DNA of 64,000 bases from Octopus vulgaris (Eukaryota): assembly GCA_951406725.2 (NCBI GenBank), contig OX597830.1, positions 434,001 to 498,000 of the forward strand, written 5' to 3'. Below the pieces are notes generated by a model that worked only from the letters and a program-made list of their open reading frames with translations, was not told where the DNA came from and ran no database searches. Shown here piece after piece: positions 35,818-50,200 of the stretch (the stretch's first letter is position 1; each line of letters begins with the position of its first letter). A program made the translations under genes and the position numbers.

Positions 35818-37218
35818 TATATATAAGATAGTTTGTATGTGTGTGTGTTCCCTATGCAGTCCAGAACCGAGTTAACGATTTTGACGTATGAGATATCAAA
35901 AGATTCAACTAAACTAAACTACCAACTAAACTTTGTTTTCATTCACATATTTGCATTATAATATTTCCCATAAGTCAACTATCCTAAACATTTCATACGT
36001 CGACGACGACGACGACTACCAAGACCCCACATTTTCTATATGAATGTGTACCTTAAAAGACATCCATCATCAAGGCACACACCTTCATTCATTCACTCTG
36101 CCTCTCTCTTTCTCTCGCACACACGCATGCACACACACGCACACGTCCATTTCATATACATATACATACATCTTTCATTCCTCATCTTCTTCAATTTCGG
36201 CTCCCTCCCTTTTCGCCTTCACTTTTCTTTAAATTTCTGCTCTCTTCAAAGCATAAACAAATATTTTTTTTATGGAATGAGCGAGAGAAACACAGAATGA
36301 GAAAAAAAAGACAGCGAGACATGAGGAAGAAACGAAGACAGAAAACAAGTTTCTATAGGAGAAGATGAAAGACATGTTAGGTATCCAGTTGAATTTTTCA
36401 TCTCTATACAACCCATAGGTCTTCCACTAAAGAAAGGTGCACCTGTCATGCTTTTGATGAATTTGGACCCACCACGACCAAGCAATAGTACAAGATTGAC
36501 TGTAACTACAATGACAAGTGATGTCCTAGAAGCCACCATTATTGCCAGCTGCCATCAAGGAGAGATCGCATACATGACACGCATGCCCCTTATTCCCTCA
36601 AATATGCCATTTCAATTCAAGCGCCTCCAGTTTCCAGTGCGATTGTGCTTGGCTATGACAACAAAGCCTAGGGTCAAAATTGTGGGTCTCAATTTACAAG
36701 TACCCTACTTTTTTTCCTATGGACAACTATATGTCACGTGCTCTCGAGTTAGCAGTGCAGATGACTTGTATATTTATTCTACCAACACTGGACTTCCGCA
36801 AAACATTGTTTACCCAGGAGCATTGTTGGCTTCACTTCACATGCTGAAAGTGTGCAGTCTGCCCAAACATCACTGAGATGGTACGTTTCATAATGAAGCA
36901 TCTCTCTTTCCATCTACCTTATTTTCTACAATACGGATGACTCTACGTCCTCACACGTCCTCCAGTTTTTACTTCTGTAAGTCTAGGTAATTTGGGGGGT
37001 GGGATAATGTTAGGATTTCGCTCTAATCTAAGCTACCATTCTACATGTTTCTGGTGTCAAAAATTTCAGAATTAGTCATCACAAAATTACAAAAATACAT
37101 GTTTATACGAAGAGTTTTTGCTTCACACTCCTCTTGTGCCGATTCTGCCCATAAGAAACAAATAATACAATGTCGCTGTAGGTCATAATACCCGAGCAAC
37201 GCCGGGATGCATTGCTAG
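35818..37218 (+). mobile_element. Deleted Helitron retaining the Pif1-like helicase C-terminus
   Basis: 3' hairpin CCCGAGCAACGCCGGG (37191-37206) plus CTAG|T (37215-37218); helicase remnant inside. Confidence 0.85.
36420..36830 (+). pseudogene. Helitron RepHel Pif1-family helicase C-terminal fragment
   Basis: LKKGAPVMLLMNLDPP...RMPLIPSNMPFQFKRLQFPVRLCLAMT...YGQLYVTCSRV...NIVY; conserved motifs partly mutated. Confidence 0.9.
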
Positions 37219-37231
37219 TGTATGTATGTAC

Positions 37232-37295
<64 letters not shown>

Positions 37296-37848
37296 ATATA
37301 TATATATATATATGTATAGTAGAGTCTCTCACTCACACATTAACCTCTCAATATATTGATTGACAGGAGAACAGAAGGTAATGTAAGACTCTCCTCATTC
37401 AATCTGCTCCCGTGAAGGTTACAAATAGAAATGCTAAACCAGACGGAAATTAGCGGAGAGTGCCATGTGTTTTGGCCGTTTCACCAATGCAATCGCAAAT
37501 AACACACGAAATGGTAGAATCAAACGCAACATTCTTCATAAATATTATTGGTCTCTTCTCCAGACAGATTTTGATATATATATTCCCCTGTAAATTATGT
37601 CTGGGAAAAATATATTTATAACGTGAATAAAAATTATTACAGAAAAAGACGAAGCTAGAAAAAAAATCGAAAAAGAATAAAATAATAGACATCTCTAAAT
37701 AAGACAAACTTTAATTTAATCAAAACAAGTAGAGACTTTCTTAGTGGAAATTAGGCTTAATAATAGAGTTCGAAGATTTTAATAGAGTACAAAGACTTGT
37801 TTCACTTACTCTCTCTCAATATATATATATGTGTGTGTGTGTGTAATG

Positions 37849-37910
<62 letters not shown>

Positions 37911-37913
37911 CAC

Positions 37914-37948
<35 letters not shown>

Positions 37949-37954
37949 TGTATG

Positions 37955-37993
<39 letters not shown>

Positions 37994-38067
37994 TATAAGT
38001 TTCCAGGAAATTATTTTCTAAAATTTTTTTTATTTCTTATGAATCTTCTATTCTTGCTATTTTCTGA

Positions 38068-38098
38068 ATAATAATAATAATAATAATAATAATGATAA

Positions 38099-38130
<32 letters not shown>

Positions 38131-38210
38131 ATGGAAATAATATTAATAATGATAACGGCGATGACGATAAGGATGATAATGGTGATAATGATGATGATGA
38201 TAATAATAAC

Positions 38211-38254
<44 letters not shown>

Positions 38255-38430
38255 TAATAGTAATGATGATGATGATAAAGTAACCACAAAAGTAAATATT
38301 AAAAACAGTAACGACAGTAAAATTGTACGTGTAGAATAAAAAATAAACAGAAACAACAATTACAGCAACATCAACAATAATGGCACAAACAACGATAACA
38401 ACAAGAACAACATCAACCAGCAACATTACC
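38068..38430. repeat. (AAT/GAT/AAC)n trinucleotide region
   Basis: Direct inspection. Confidence 0.95.
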
Positions 38431-39656
38431 AAAGATATTTACGATGGCGTCCACATTAACATCCGTCCCTGTTTTTTAAATGGCCGCCAACAATTGTATA
38501 GTGATGGCGGTCGTGGTGGGTGAGTTGGAATATAATTGATACAATGGGTGTTTTAGTATATTACTGGTACTGATAGACAGCGTAGTAACTGCAATATTTA
38601 ATAATATAGTCCTAGATTTAACTAAAAAGAGATGGGATAGTCTTTACAGCAGCCAGTCCATATTATGAAAAGCACCAGTCAAATAACTTTCAAGTCACAG
38701 CCTGTCTTCATGTACGAAGCAAAATAACATGGTGAGAGTATTTTTAAACAACGCTACGAGTATTGGTCTAAGGCTAAATACAATCATCATCATCATCAAC
38801 AACAGCAACGACAACGACAACAACGGGTACATGTTTTATTTTAATGGCTGAATCATGGGTTGAACAAAATTAATAGAAAATATGGTAAGGCATTAAGACT
38901 GCTACGAAACCTGCTGTTTGAATTAGAACTATGTAATATGAGGAAGATTTGGTTAATGTTTCTACTGTCTTGAAACTGGAAGAGGTTTTTGGATAAGGCA
39001 ATGAAGATATGCAACGTCCTACAGAAAACATGGAACAGCGATGTCTTGTGCATAGGTCTGCTTCATCAGAGCTAACCAGTAGCTAAACAACCACAGCAAC
39101 CATATTGAATAAGTTGTAGTTATTTTAGTCCAAAGCAGGCCACCACGTCTTATTTAACGAGGTATACATTATGAAATGTGTTCCTCATTTTTAATTTGGC
39201 AAAATGTTATTCAGTCTATTGCTTCTCGGAGTTTTACAAATTCACGATATCTTTCCGAAAATATTAGAAAACTACGTAAATGCTGGTGTTATCTGTGACT
39301 GGTGACATTTTTCTTTTACAACGACAAAGTCCTTTTGAATGCTTCAACTCACGTGAGCTCTGGACTGTCACGTGCACAAAACTGTGTCAGTGAATTACTG
39401 GAACTGTTCTACAGCAATAGCAGAAAAAGCATTCAAAGTCGTCAACGTATTTATTGTCCAGGGTAAAATAATTAGTGGGTTCGAAGTAAGTTCCTTCGAT
39501 AGAAGGTTCTTGGTGTGGATGGCGGAAGTGAAAAGAGGGATTGACTAAGTTAAATGAGAAAAAGGCAGGAATACATAGGAGAGGAGAGGGATAGAAAGGT
39601 TTATAAAATACAGTGTGAAGAAGAAAAGTTGAAGAGTTGTGTGTGTGTGTGTGTGT

Positions 39657-39696
<40 letters not shown>

Positions 39697-40585
39697 AAAC
39701 TAGTGGGAGAGAAAAAGTGGGAGAAAAATATGGTTAATGTCAAAGGTAAGAGAAAGACGGTTTAGCAGTCGTTGAGGCAACAAGCTGACAGGAGGAAAGA
39801 GTGTATGAGAGAGAGGGGGAAAGAGGGAGGAAGAAGGAGAGGCCGTCTACGCATATGACGTGTGAAGCAGGTAGACGGTAGAGGGCGACAGAAGTTAGTG
39901 GCTGAAAAAGAAGGGGTTAAGGTGTGAGGTGAGGAGAGAAAATTAATAATGACTAGGTGAAGGGGACAGACACAGACCGAGCGGAAGCGTTAAAATATCA
40001 AAGGCTTTCAGAGGAAATGAGTCAATTCGATATAGTGAGTACTTGGTTGATCCTTGTCTTGCAGAACTAGGAAGAATAAAGATGGAGATTTTCGTTGTAG
40101 GAATTGAAATGAGAAAGTAAACTAACAAAACCAGAAACTAAAACCATTTAGTTCTGTGTTCTGCCCTAAACCTACCAAACAGGAAGATTGAATACAAAAA
40201 TTGTTTAAAAGTAATTTTTCAAGTAAAAAGAAATATTGTTTGAAAGTAAAAACACCTTTTTTTGTTTGGCTGGGAAAAGAACCATTGTTCTGAAAGTGTT
40301 TCTTTAAAGCAAAAGGAAGAAAGTTGCTCATATCAGAATAAAAAAAAAGACCCCCCCCCCCAAAAAAAAACCAAAGAACTCATCACGGTTTTCTCTTTGA
40401 TTTCATTTTCCTATATTTTGTTAACATTTTTTAAAAACTATCTCTCCACGGAATTATTTTTTGAATCGTTATTTTATTCTGAATCTCAATAGAATTGTTT
40501 ACGCTACAATATTATAGAACCCAATATTATATATGTGCGTGTATATATATGTATATATCTATACGCATGTACATATATGTATATA

Positions 40586-40653
<68 letters not shown>

Positions 40654-43600
40654 TGTATGTGAAACGGTGGGGTCTACATATATGAAAATATGTGTACATA
40701 CAGTTTGTACGCATAAGTAAATGCACACACATTAATAAGATTATATACATACAGATACACAAATATATACATTTTCATACAGCTCTTAAACTGACAAAGG
40801 GACAGATAGGTAGAGATAGATGGACAAACAGACAGGCAGACGGACGGACGGACGGACAGACAGACAGACAGACAGATAGATAGATAGATCACAAGTTTAT
40901 CTGGCTGAGAATCTACATCATGTACCTCAACGTAGCAGAGATGTTTGCCAGTAACTCATGTTCCTTGATTCTCTGATGTTAACTCCTCAGCTATAATAGA
41001 ATAGGACAACCACTACACCCTATATAGAATAGGACAACCACTACGCCCTATATAACCCTAACCCTATATAATGAGTTCTCTTACTGTTATGTGTACAAAC
41101 AATCCTGGGTATATGTGTGTTGTCAGTGACCAGGTCGCAGTTTCGAATCACGAAAATTTGGACTTAAACAATAAATGTTTAAGTGAAGTTAACGATCTTT
41201 GTTTCTTCCATACTGCAATCAGTTCCTCTATTTTAACCTTAATGTCTATATATAACGTCTATGCTGCAACCCAGCTGAAGTTGTTTCACCCCTGTAACCT
41301 ATACATTATCAAATTCTATTGATCTGCTTTACAACGCCCTACGACTAACCTATCGCTTCCGTAAATATGTTTTAAAGCTTCACATTTCTTCATATTGTTT
41401 GTTTACTTCCCGCTCGTCTCTGATTGAACAAGCCTGTTTTTTTTATGAAAGGCGTTTCAGAGAAGACCAATCTACATTTTACAGATACATTTGATGGTCT
41501 CATTGAATGTATTCTTCGGGTTTTAGGTCTGTGGGTTGTGATATTTGTAGCAGATTGAGATACTACTTCGAGTCTCCCACTTTGGTATAAAACTACCGCT
41601 TAAAACATGGATTGTACTCATTTCAAAGACACGCAAGCGAGAAAGGTTTCAATCTTATTTCAGTCATTTCACTTTCTGATGTTTTCGCCCCCAAGAGTTT
41701 GACGAAGCTTAGGCAATAACCTTAGGCAATAACCTAGACAGAGTACGGTTTCATTCAGAGTCTTTTTCCCGTCGACAACACACAATGAAGAATATGGCAT
41801 GAACGTGACACACGACCGTCTTTCTGAGATTTTATGACCAACGGAGGAATATATAGATGGTTGGTGTACATGCTACAGTTGATAGTTAAATCCCATCCAA
41901 ATCAAATACCACATTACAAAGTAATACTTCGAATGATGCCTTCGGAAATAAAAGCAGGTTTGTCGTGGCTGGAATGCATTATATCATCGGTTTAGATTAC
42001 GTCTGATCTGGGGTTAAACTAAAACAGCAACATCAACAACTACCAACATGTAACTTTTTAGCAAACAGAGAGATCATTGATCAGTAGAAGTAATATTACA
42101 ACAAGCGCTAGGTCGAGGAATTGGCAAGATGGATTTTGCATAAAATGTCTTCTGGAATTTAGTTGATTCTTTTTACCTTCTTAGGTCGAAAGCAGCCAAT
42201 GTCAACATTGCATTTCGTCCTGCTGAGTTGGGTTCATTAAAATAAATTACCAGGGAAGTACTTGGTGTCTGTTGAGCAATTATAGGGTACACATAAACAG
42301 AGGAGTGACCTTAAACAATTGATGTGCTGTTTATGTGTATATGTCTATAGAATTCGAAACATCAACCCTGTCGATCGCTCCTGGAACGTCTTATTGACTC
42401 TACTGACTGCTGTTCTAATTAATGAAATGGAGAGAAGAAGGGGGTGAAACATGAAAATATTTCTGTTATCAAAGTAAATCCAATAAATTTGTTGTAATTC
42501 TACCCACCAAAATATTCTCGCCTCGTCTCTCTAATCTTCTTATCAGACACACTCGGTTTTCAGTTTCCGAAGCAAAAGAGCATCAACAGACATTTCTACA
42601 CGTCCGATCGATCTAATTTCATTGATTAAAATTATTAGCGTTTTCTTTTTAAAGCAATCCATGGAACTATTTTAGTTTCATTGATTCTATAGCATAACGA
42701 AGTCACGGACTGTAGGATCAAATCTGTGATGGATCGCCAGCTCAGCACACCGCACCCTTGAAACTAGAGTTTCTCAAATAACATTAGTCTTACACTGTGT
42801 TTATCGCTAATACATTTGACACACATTTCCAGATACACTCATAAAACCTACGAAGGACACTCTGTGGCCACTGAAACTCCTAAGTAACAAAGCTAAATGC
42901 TCCTCAAATCAATTTTGAGTGACTCAGAAACATTGTTCAACCTAGTCGCGGGTATGCAAAAAGAAAGGATGGCCACGACTGGGAAGCCTTTGATGTTAGA
43001 TGTGTTTGATCACGGTTGACCTGGAATTTAATTAACAACAATATCATGGACACAGGATGTCTAACTTAATTCCAGATATTAACTAAACTCGAAATGTTTG
43101 TCCGTCTCCCCATGACTGAAACATATTTACCTAATTCACACCTTCCCCGACACCCGCATTCACACCTCCCCCGACACCCGCATTCCCACTCGTCCACTCT
43201 AATGATTATAGCGAACATCAAACAGTTCGTAGAATTGCATTGGTTAGTCGTTATCTTACGTCCATTTTAACTCGTAGTTTTCTCATCTGTCAATTTGTCT
43301 CATCAGATAAAATATAGGACAGAGTCTAACCAGTCAGTTTATTATTTACGTCAATCTTGTTAACATGAAGTTCGTAACTAACCTGTCAATGTTTATAGAC
43401 AATATCTAATCAGTTAACATGTTTGACACTCTGTCTCTAACCTCTCAAAATGTATGTTAACCAGAACCTAACTTACCAATATGTATGACAATCTATCTCT
43501 AACCTGTCAGCATGTACGACAGATTTTGTGCAACCATTCCATCTTTACAGTCAATATCTAACACGTCAACAACCGCAGTGTCTATTTCACCAGTCAACAT

Positions 43601-43959
43601 TAAAACCAAAAATCATTGCGTGTCCCATTAAACAATAAACAACAATTCTAACGTTCTTTCATCTATTTTTCCACACAATAACTACAATCCTACTAATTGT
43701 ACATAACAAAAACTCTAATCTATTAACTAATAGAAAACAGCCTACTTAAATTACACGAGGCGTAGAGTTGCAGACATATTTTCTTTGAAATATGTTCTTT
43801 TAAGTAGATTTTCATGTTTGAGATAAAGTTTTTCGGAAGCAACAAGCAATGAATTCAAATACACTTTAACGCTGAACGACATTTCTTTGTCTAGAAGAAT
43901 ATTTCTTTGTTTATGAGAATTCAAGGTTCTTTATTACATTTACAACCACAACATTTCCA

Positions 43960-43960
43960 C

Positions 43961-44018
<58 letters not shown>

Positions 44019-44084
44019 ATTATTATTATCATTATTATTATTATTATTGTTGTTGTTGTTGTTGTCGTTGTGTTGTTGTTGTTA

Positions 44085-44130
<46 letters not shown>

Positions 44131-44138
44131 CATTATTA
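43960..44138. repeat. (TTA)n/(TTG)n microsatellite
   Basis: Direct inspection. Confidence 0.95.
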
Positions 44139-46092
44139 GCGATATTAGTAATATTTCAGTGTTAATTATATATTATATGGTATATTGCGATATTTATGCA
44201 TACATACAATCACACCGACTCAGACACACATGCACAGATACACACACATACACAAACTAACACTTACACACCCATTCACTCAAATATGTGGTATTGCACA
44301 AAAAAAGCAACAACAAAGATTGAGTGAATGAAGGATTCAATACATGTTAGGTTCTAATATTTATGGGAACTTTCTGGAATGTAAATGAAGTTGTGTGTGT
44401 GTGTGTGTGTGTGTGTTTGTGTACATGTGTGTGTACTGTACAGTCTGTGCTGTGATGTTTGTGAGGTTTCCGCTCTATCGGCCAACAAACGGTCGAATAA
44501 AATGCTTGGAGGGATTTCTTCCGACTCTGCTTTCTGACTTCAAATCCCTTCAAGATCAACTTACAAAGCCTGTTGGAGTTGATAACATAAAGCATGAAAC
44601 GAGTAGTGCGGATGGTGTAACTTACGAAAACCTAACCTCAAAATAGTTGCTATTTCTGTGTAACTTCGTACAAACTATTTCGGCTTTGGGTTGACAAATT
44701 CCTTAGAACGTCGACTGAAATGCTTCACGCTGTGGATTCCGGTTTTTTATATTATAACTTCAAATACCAACAATTTCTGGTTTGAATTTTATACCTTCCG
44801 GGTTGGTTGAATAAAGAACTATTAATTTACTAAGGTTGATATAATCGACTTTTCCCTTCAACATTAATGATATTGTCTCCAAACGAAAAACAATCATTAT
44901 CATGATTTTCTATAATATAAAAATATTAATTTTAGTAAAAATATTTGATTGATTGTAGTGCTGGAAAAATACCAATAATGTGACAGGTATACAAGGGGAA
45001 AGAACTGTGTACAAGATACACATCAAATACGGTCTCCTTTGCAGTATGTCGAACCGAAAACTTAGGATGGCAGAAGATTATCCATGGAATTTGGAAACAA
45101 ATATCAATTGGAGAGAAGGAAATTAGAAAGTATTTGTTGAATTAGTGGTATTGTGGAGGGTTTGGGGTTAGTGTAGGCGTCGCAGATACTGAAGGGTTTG
45201 GTATGAGTGGCAGTGTTGGTTACAGTGATTGTAGCATCACTGGAGATGTTACTTATAGCAGAGGTTTTCCTAATAATCGAGGTTTTGGCAATTCTGGCGG
45301 TATTGGTGGTTGTTGGGGACGTCATGATGATGAGGTTAGGTAATTGTTGAAGAGTTCGTATTAGTTGAGGTGTTGGTAATGATTGGGTTTCCTGACACTG
45401 GAGGCGTAGTTATTACTGATCTGATGTATTGATGTTAGAGGAAAATTTGTGTTAGCATACTTAAAAGTAATAGTGGTGGTGTTTGTGTCAGCTGCTATGT
45501 CGGATTTGGTGGTGGCGGTGTTGATGGTGGAGGTGTTGGTAATAATATAAGGGTTGGAGTCTGTAGTGGAGGTAGTACATGTGGAGATGCATTTAGCGGA
45601 GGTAGTGATGCTAATGGAGATGTTAGTGAGGTCGTTAGTGAAGAATTAGTGTGTTGTTTCAAGGAGCTGGTTCAAAATAATAAACCGGAAAATGATGAAA
45701 GTTAAAAGATTCCCCAAAAGATTCCCTAATTTCTAAACAAGACACAGTAAAGACGTTCAATTTTTTTCTTTCCTCATTTTAACTAGAAATATTTTCATTT
45801 GTTTTGTCTTTTTTTTCTTATATATTTCCTCGCAGATAAAATATCCATGCATTAATGCCGAGTTAATCATTTTGTTTACGAATATTTTCTGTACCTCAAC
45901 TAAATTGGAAACCAACCTTAAACGTGTTAAAATGTTTTCGTATTTATTTTCAATGAAATATAATGGGGAACATGAGAAGAAAAAGAGAAAATAAAATAAA
46001 AAGATTTAAGAACAAATAAAATACCTAAATATATACGGCGTTGTCTTATCTTAAACACTTTTTTATATTTGAATTAATGGAATTAAGCTATG

Positions 46093-46134
<42 letters not shown>

Positions 46135-46246
46135 TAGATATATATATATATATATATATATGAAAAGATATATATATATATATATATATATATGACTGTA
46201 TAAACATACACACATATACATATATGTGTGTGTGTATCAGCAGCCG

Positions 46247-46285
<39 letters not shown>

Positions 46286-46569
46286 GAGAAAGAGGGAGGA
46301 TGAAGTATAGACGTGTGTGATCACAAATTTTGTTACATTTTTACTTTTATATATTTTATATTTTGTGTATTTTTGAATATATTTGATAAATCTGAATCTG
46401 TGTTGTTCGAGTTCTTAGGAAGCAACAACAACAACAACTAAAACAACGACAGACGCAACTACAACAACAAAGAAAAATAGAAAAACATACAAAAGTATTT
46501 ACTACAATAACAACTACATCAGAATTAGCAGATTTCTCTTAAACCACCACCACAACAGCAACAACAATA

Positions 46570-46624
<55 letters not shown>

Positions 46625-46965
46625 GAAAGAGATCCACCGTAATTTGACAGAAGGCAAACATAGAAGTAACGAATGAAATTAACCCCGAAACCGGATCAAC
46701 GAAGGTCAAAATGGGAAGCAAAGCCCTCGTTGACTCGTCAGCGAGGAGGGATTCGTTAGCGTCCAGTCACATCTTTCTCCTTGCCCTCAGAATGTACAAC
46801 TTGTATGAAACAGTGTCGCGTAGCCTCTATCTGAATAAATGACGCCAAGGTCACGTGTGGAACGCCTGGTCATAGTTCTGCTTGATATGGATCGGTTTGG
46901 GAGTTAAGAAACAACAACGTTGTTTTTAAGGAGAAACATTCTATTGAGGTGAGAAGAACGTTGAC

Positions 46966-46967
<2 letters not shown>

Positions 46968-47019
<52 letters not shown>
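46968..47019. repeat. (CTG)n repeat
   Basis: About 17 perfect CTG units; no surrounding exon evidence. Confidence 0.95.
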
Positions 47020-47254
47020 GACTACCACTGTGGGATTGCTAGACAAAATGGCGGTGGAATGGTAAACTTACTACACAGTCAGACAGGTGCCTTGTGGTAT
47101 TTAGTTACGCTTCTTCAAGTTCTGATTTCGAAACCCGCCGACTTCAAAATTGCCTTTCAATTTGAAGGTGGGGTTTGATAAATATCAATGACATAGCGGA
47201 CAGTATGACAATATCAGCCGCAACTAGAATAGCATTGATCAAATGTAAGGCGTG

Positions 47255-50200
47255 ATTAAGTTAAGTTAATTTTTTGGCTCAAAAAGCAAAAAGCAAAAAG
47301 CAAGGCCATGTAGGGGGACGTGGAGTTATGTACAGGGAGAATGTTCATGTAAAGAGTTCAGGCCACTTGTGGTCAAGAGAGACTTTGAACCGAGCGGTCG
47401 TCGGCATCTTCACTATCTCATCCGGCAGCTTATTCCACGGATCCGCAACCCGGACGGAGAAAGCCCCTCTCCTTCGATTGAGATGAAATCGTCGCAGATA
47501 GAGCTTTTCGGAGTGACCACGCAGCCGACGCTCTGGAGCAGGAGTGAAGAACAGCTCTTTTGAGAGGTTACACTTTCCGCTTATGATGTTGTGAGCGAGA
47601 ATGAGATCACCACGGCGTCGTCGTTTTTCGAGAGAATAAAGGTCGAGCGTCTTCAGCCTTTCTTCATAAGACAAATTCTTGAGACCATGAACCATGCGGG
47701 TAGCCAGCTTCTGGACTCTTTCGAGATGATGTATGTCTTTGAGAAGATAAGGAGAAGAGGCTTGAATCCCGTACTCCAATATGGGTCTCACCAGTGTGAC
47801 ATAGAGCGGTAGGAATATGGCTGCTGTGAGCATTCCGAATAACCGTCGAATCAAAAACAGAACACCGCGTGCTTTGTTGGCAGCATGGACGCACTGGGCC
47901 GAAGGCGAAAAGGAAGAATCCACCAAGATACCCAGGTCCTTTACTAGGTCGGTCTTCTCCAGCAGCAGACGACCCGGCTCGAAATCAAGTTGAGTTGTAG
48001 GAGAAGAGCCAACAGGCAGATGACAGCACTTTGACACGTTCAGGCACAGTTCCCATTCGTTAGACCATCTCCAAACTTGGTGAAGGCATCGACGAAGATC
48101 ATCTATATCACCGCGAGGAGAGACCAGTTTGACATCATCGGCAAATAGAAGGGTGTGTTGCGTGATCGTCGGGAAAGTCATTTATGAAGACTAAAAACAA
48201 TAACGGCCCAAGCACTGAACCTTGAGGCACGCCACTGCTCGCACTGGAGACGTCGGACAGCGAACCATTAACTTGGACTTGGAAGGAGCGATCTGAGACC
48301 AACCCATCCTACAATATCCGGATGGAAACTATATGCTTGAACCTTGACAAGTGATAGGCGGTGGTTAACCCAGTCAAAAGCTTTGGCAAAGTCCAATAAA
48401 ACGATGTCAGCAGCATCACCATCATCCAGGATACGCATCACCCATTCTTCCATTACCAGTAAGTTGGTTAAGCATGATCTCTTCGGCACGAAGCCGTGTT
48501 GGGAATGAGAGATAGAGGCTGAGTTTTAGAGGTGGAGCAACATACTTTTCTTAAGGATGGTTTCGAACATCTTGCTGATTATTGAAGTAAGGGAAACCGG
48601 TCGGTAGTTAAGCAGGTCTTCGCCGCTCCCATTTTTGAAAATTGGGCAGATTATCGCCGTTCTCCAGTCCGCAGCTATAACACCCGTCGCCAATGACATA
48701 TTGAATAGAAGTGTTAAAGGTTCGCGGATGACCGGAGCCAACGCTTTGATAACCTGTGTTTGTATGCCATCAGGGCCGTGACCCTTGTTGACATCGAGGC
48801 CTCGAATAACGCGTTCGACTTCGTCTCGAGTGATGACCAATCCAGGCATTGGAGGTACCGATCTATCAAATGGAGGGGGTTCACGACCATCATCTTGTTT
48901 GAAAATAGTTGAAAAAGCCTCGGCAAATAACTGACTCTGCTGATAAGGGTCCTCAATCGATACGCCTGTTGAGTCTACCAACGTTGCAATTTGGTTGTTC
49001 AAGCGGGAATTCCGTTGGACATGGGCAAAGAAGGTTTTTGGATTGCGACTGGTGTTTGCCGCGATTCTGTATTCATATCTGAAGCGTTCTTCCTTTTCAA
49101 TTTTCACGGCTCGGTCTCGTTGAGTTTTGTACACCTAAAAAGCTGCAGTCGAATCTTGATTTTTGAATTCAGCCCAAGCAATATCTCTGAGTTGAAGTTC
49201 TCGTTTAACCTTCTTCGTCACCAAAGGCTTGTGTTTCTTCTTGGGACGCCCAACGGGAACTACGTGCTCAGTCAACTAGATTACATATGCTTTGAGGGAC
49301 GACCATAGTTCGTCAACTGAGGACATCGTCATCAGGGATCGCCAGTCCAGAAGCGCGGAAGCCTCGGTTAGAATTTCAAGATTGATTGCAGAGAAGACTC
49401 TACGTGGCAGCGAAGTAGTCGTGGGCGTAGAAAAAGTTGTGTGCATGTCGAACTTCAGGACCGCGTGATCACTCTTGGCAAGAGGGGCGCACTCAGATAA
49501 GCCTGACACTGATCTTGGATAGCGGGAGAATACCAGATCCAGCATAGATGACTGCTCCCCAGACCGATGCCTTGTCGGAGATTCAACACGTTGCGATAGA
49601 GAACAATCTTCAGCCACGTCAAGAAGGGCCTGGCCAAACCGGGAAGATGATGTACAAATTGATGCGGGCCAGTCGATCGTGGGAGCGTTGAAGTCTCCTA
49701 ATATCAGTCATGAGAAGTTGAAACGAATCTTATCGCTTTGAGTAAATGAGCATCGTCCTGGGGGTCGGCAAGAGGCGGCCTGTAGACAGCTAACACGGGC
49801 AGGCAAAACCCGGATAGGCTCAGCTTGCAATAGACGGCGTCGAATTTTGTTGTAGGTTGAGCATTATTGGGTAGAATACTGCTGGACGGTTTGAGATCAG
49901 ATTTGACATACAAAGCAACACCTCCACCTCGCCTTGTTTCTCTGTCACATCTGAAGAGGTCGTAGCCCTGTAGGTGGATTTCCGATTCCTTTACTGCTGG
50001 AGTCAGCCAAGTCTCGGTGATAGCTATCACATCTGGGGAATCACGCATGGCCAGTGTAAAATAATTCGCTGAACTTTGGAAATAAGGAGCACAAGTTTGT
50101 ATAGACGATGCTGAGCTGTGAAGTTTGAGGGGCGAGAATTAGGGAACAAGGAGAATAAGGGATATCAGAGATAGCATCGTTGTCGGGGGTATCTACTTTA

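Noticed and set aside
45104-45650. Mucin-like Thr/Ser/Pro-rich exon
   Set aside because: Degenerate GGT/GTT low-complexity tract with stops and no splice support.
46715-46770. HDV-like ribozyme (minus-strand CCTCCTCGCTG)
   Set aside because: P3 and P1 pairings cannot be formed.
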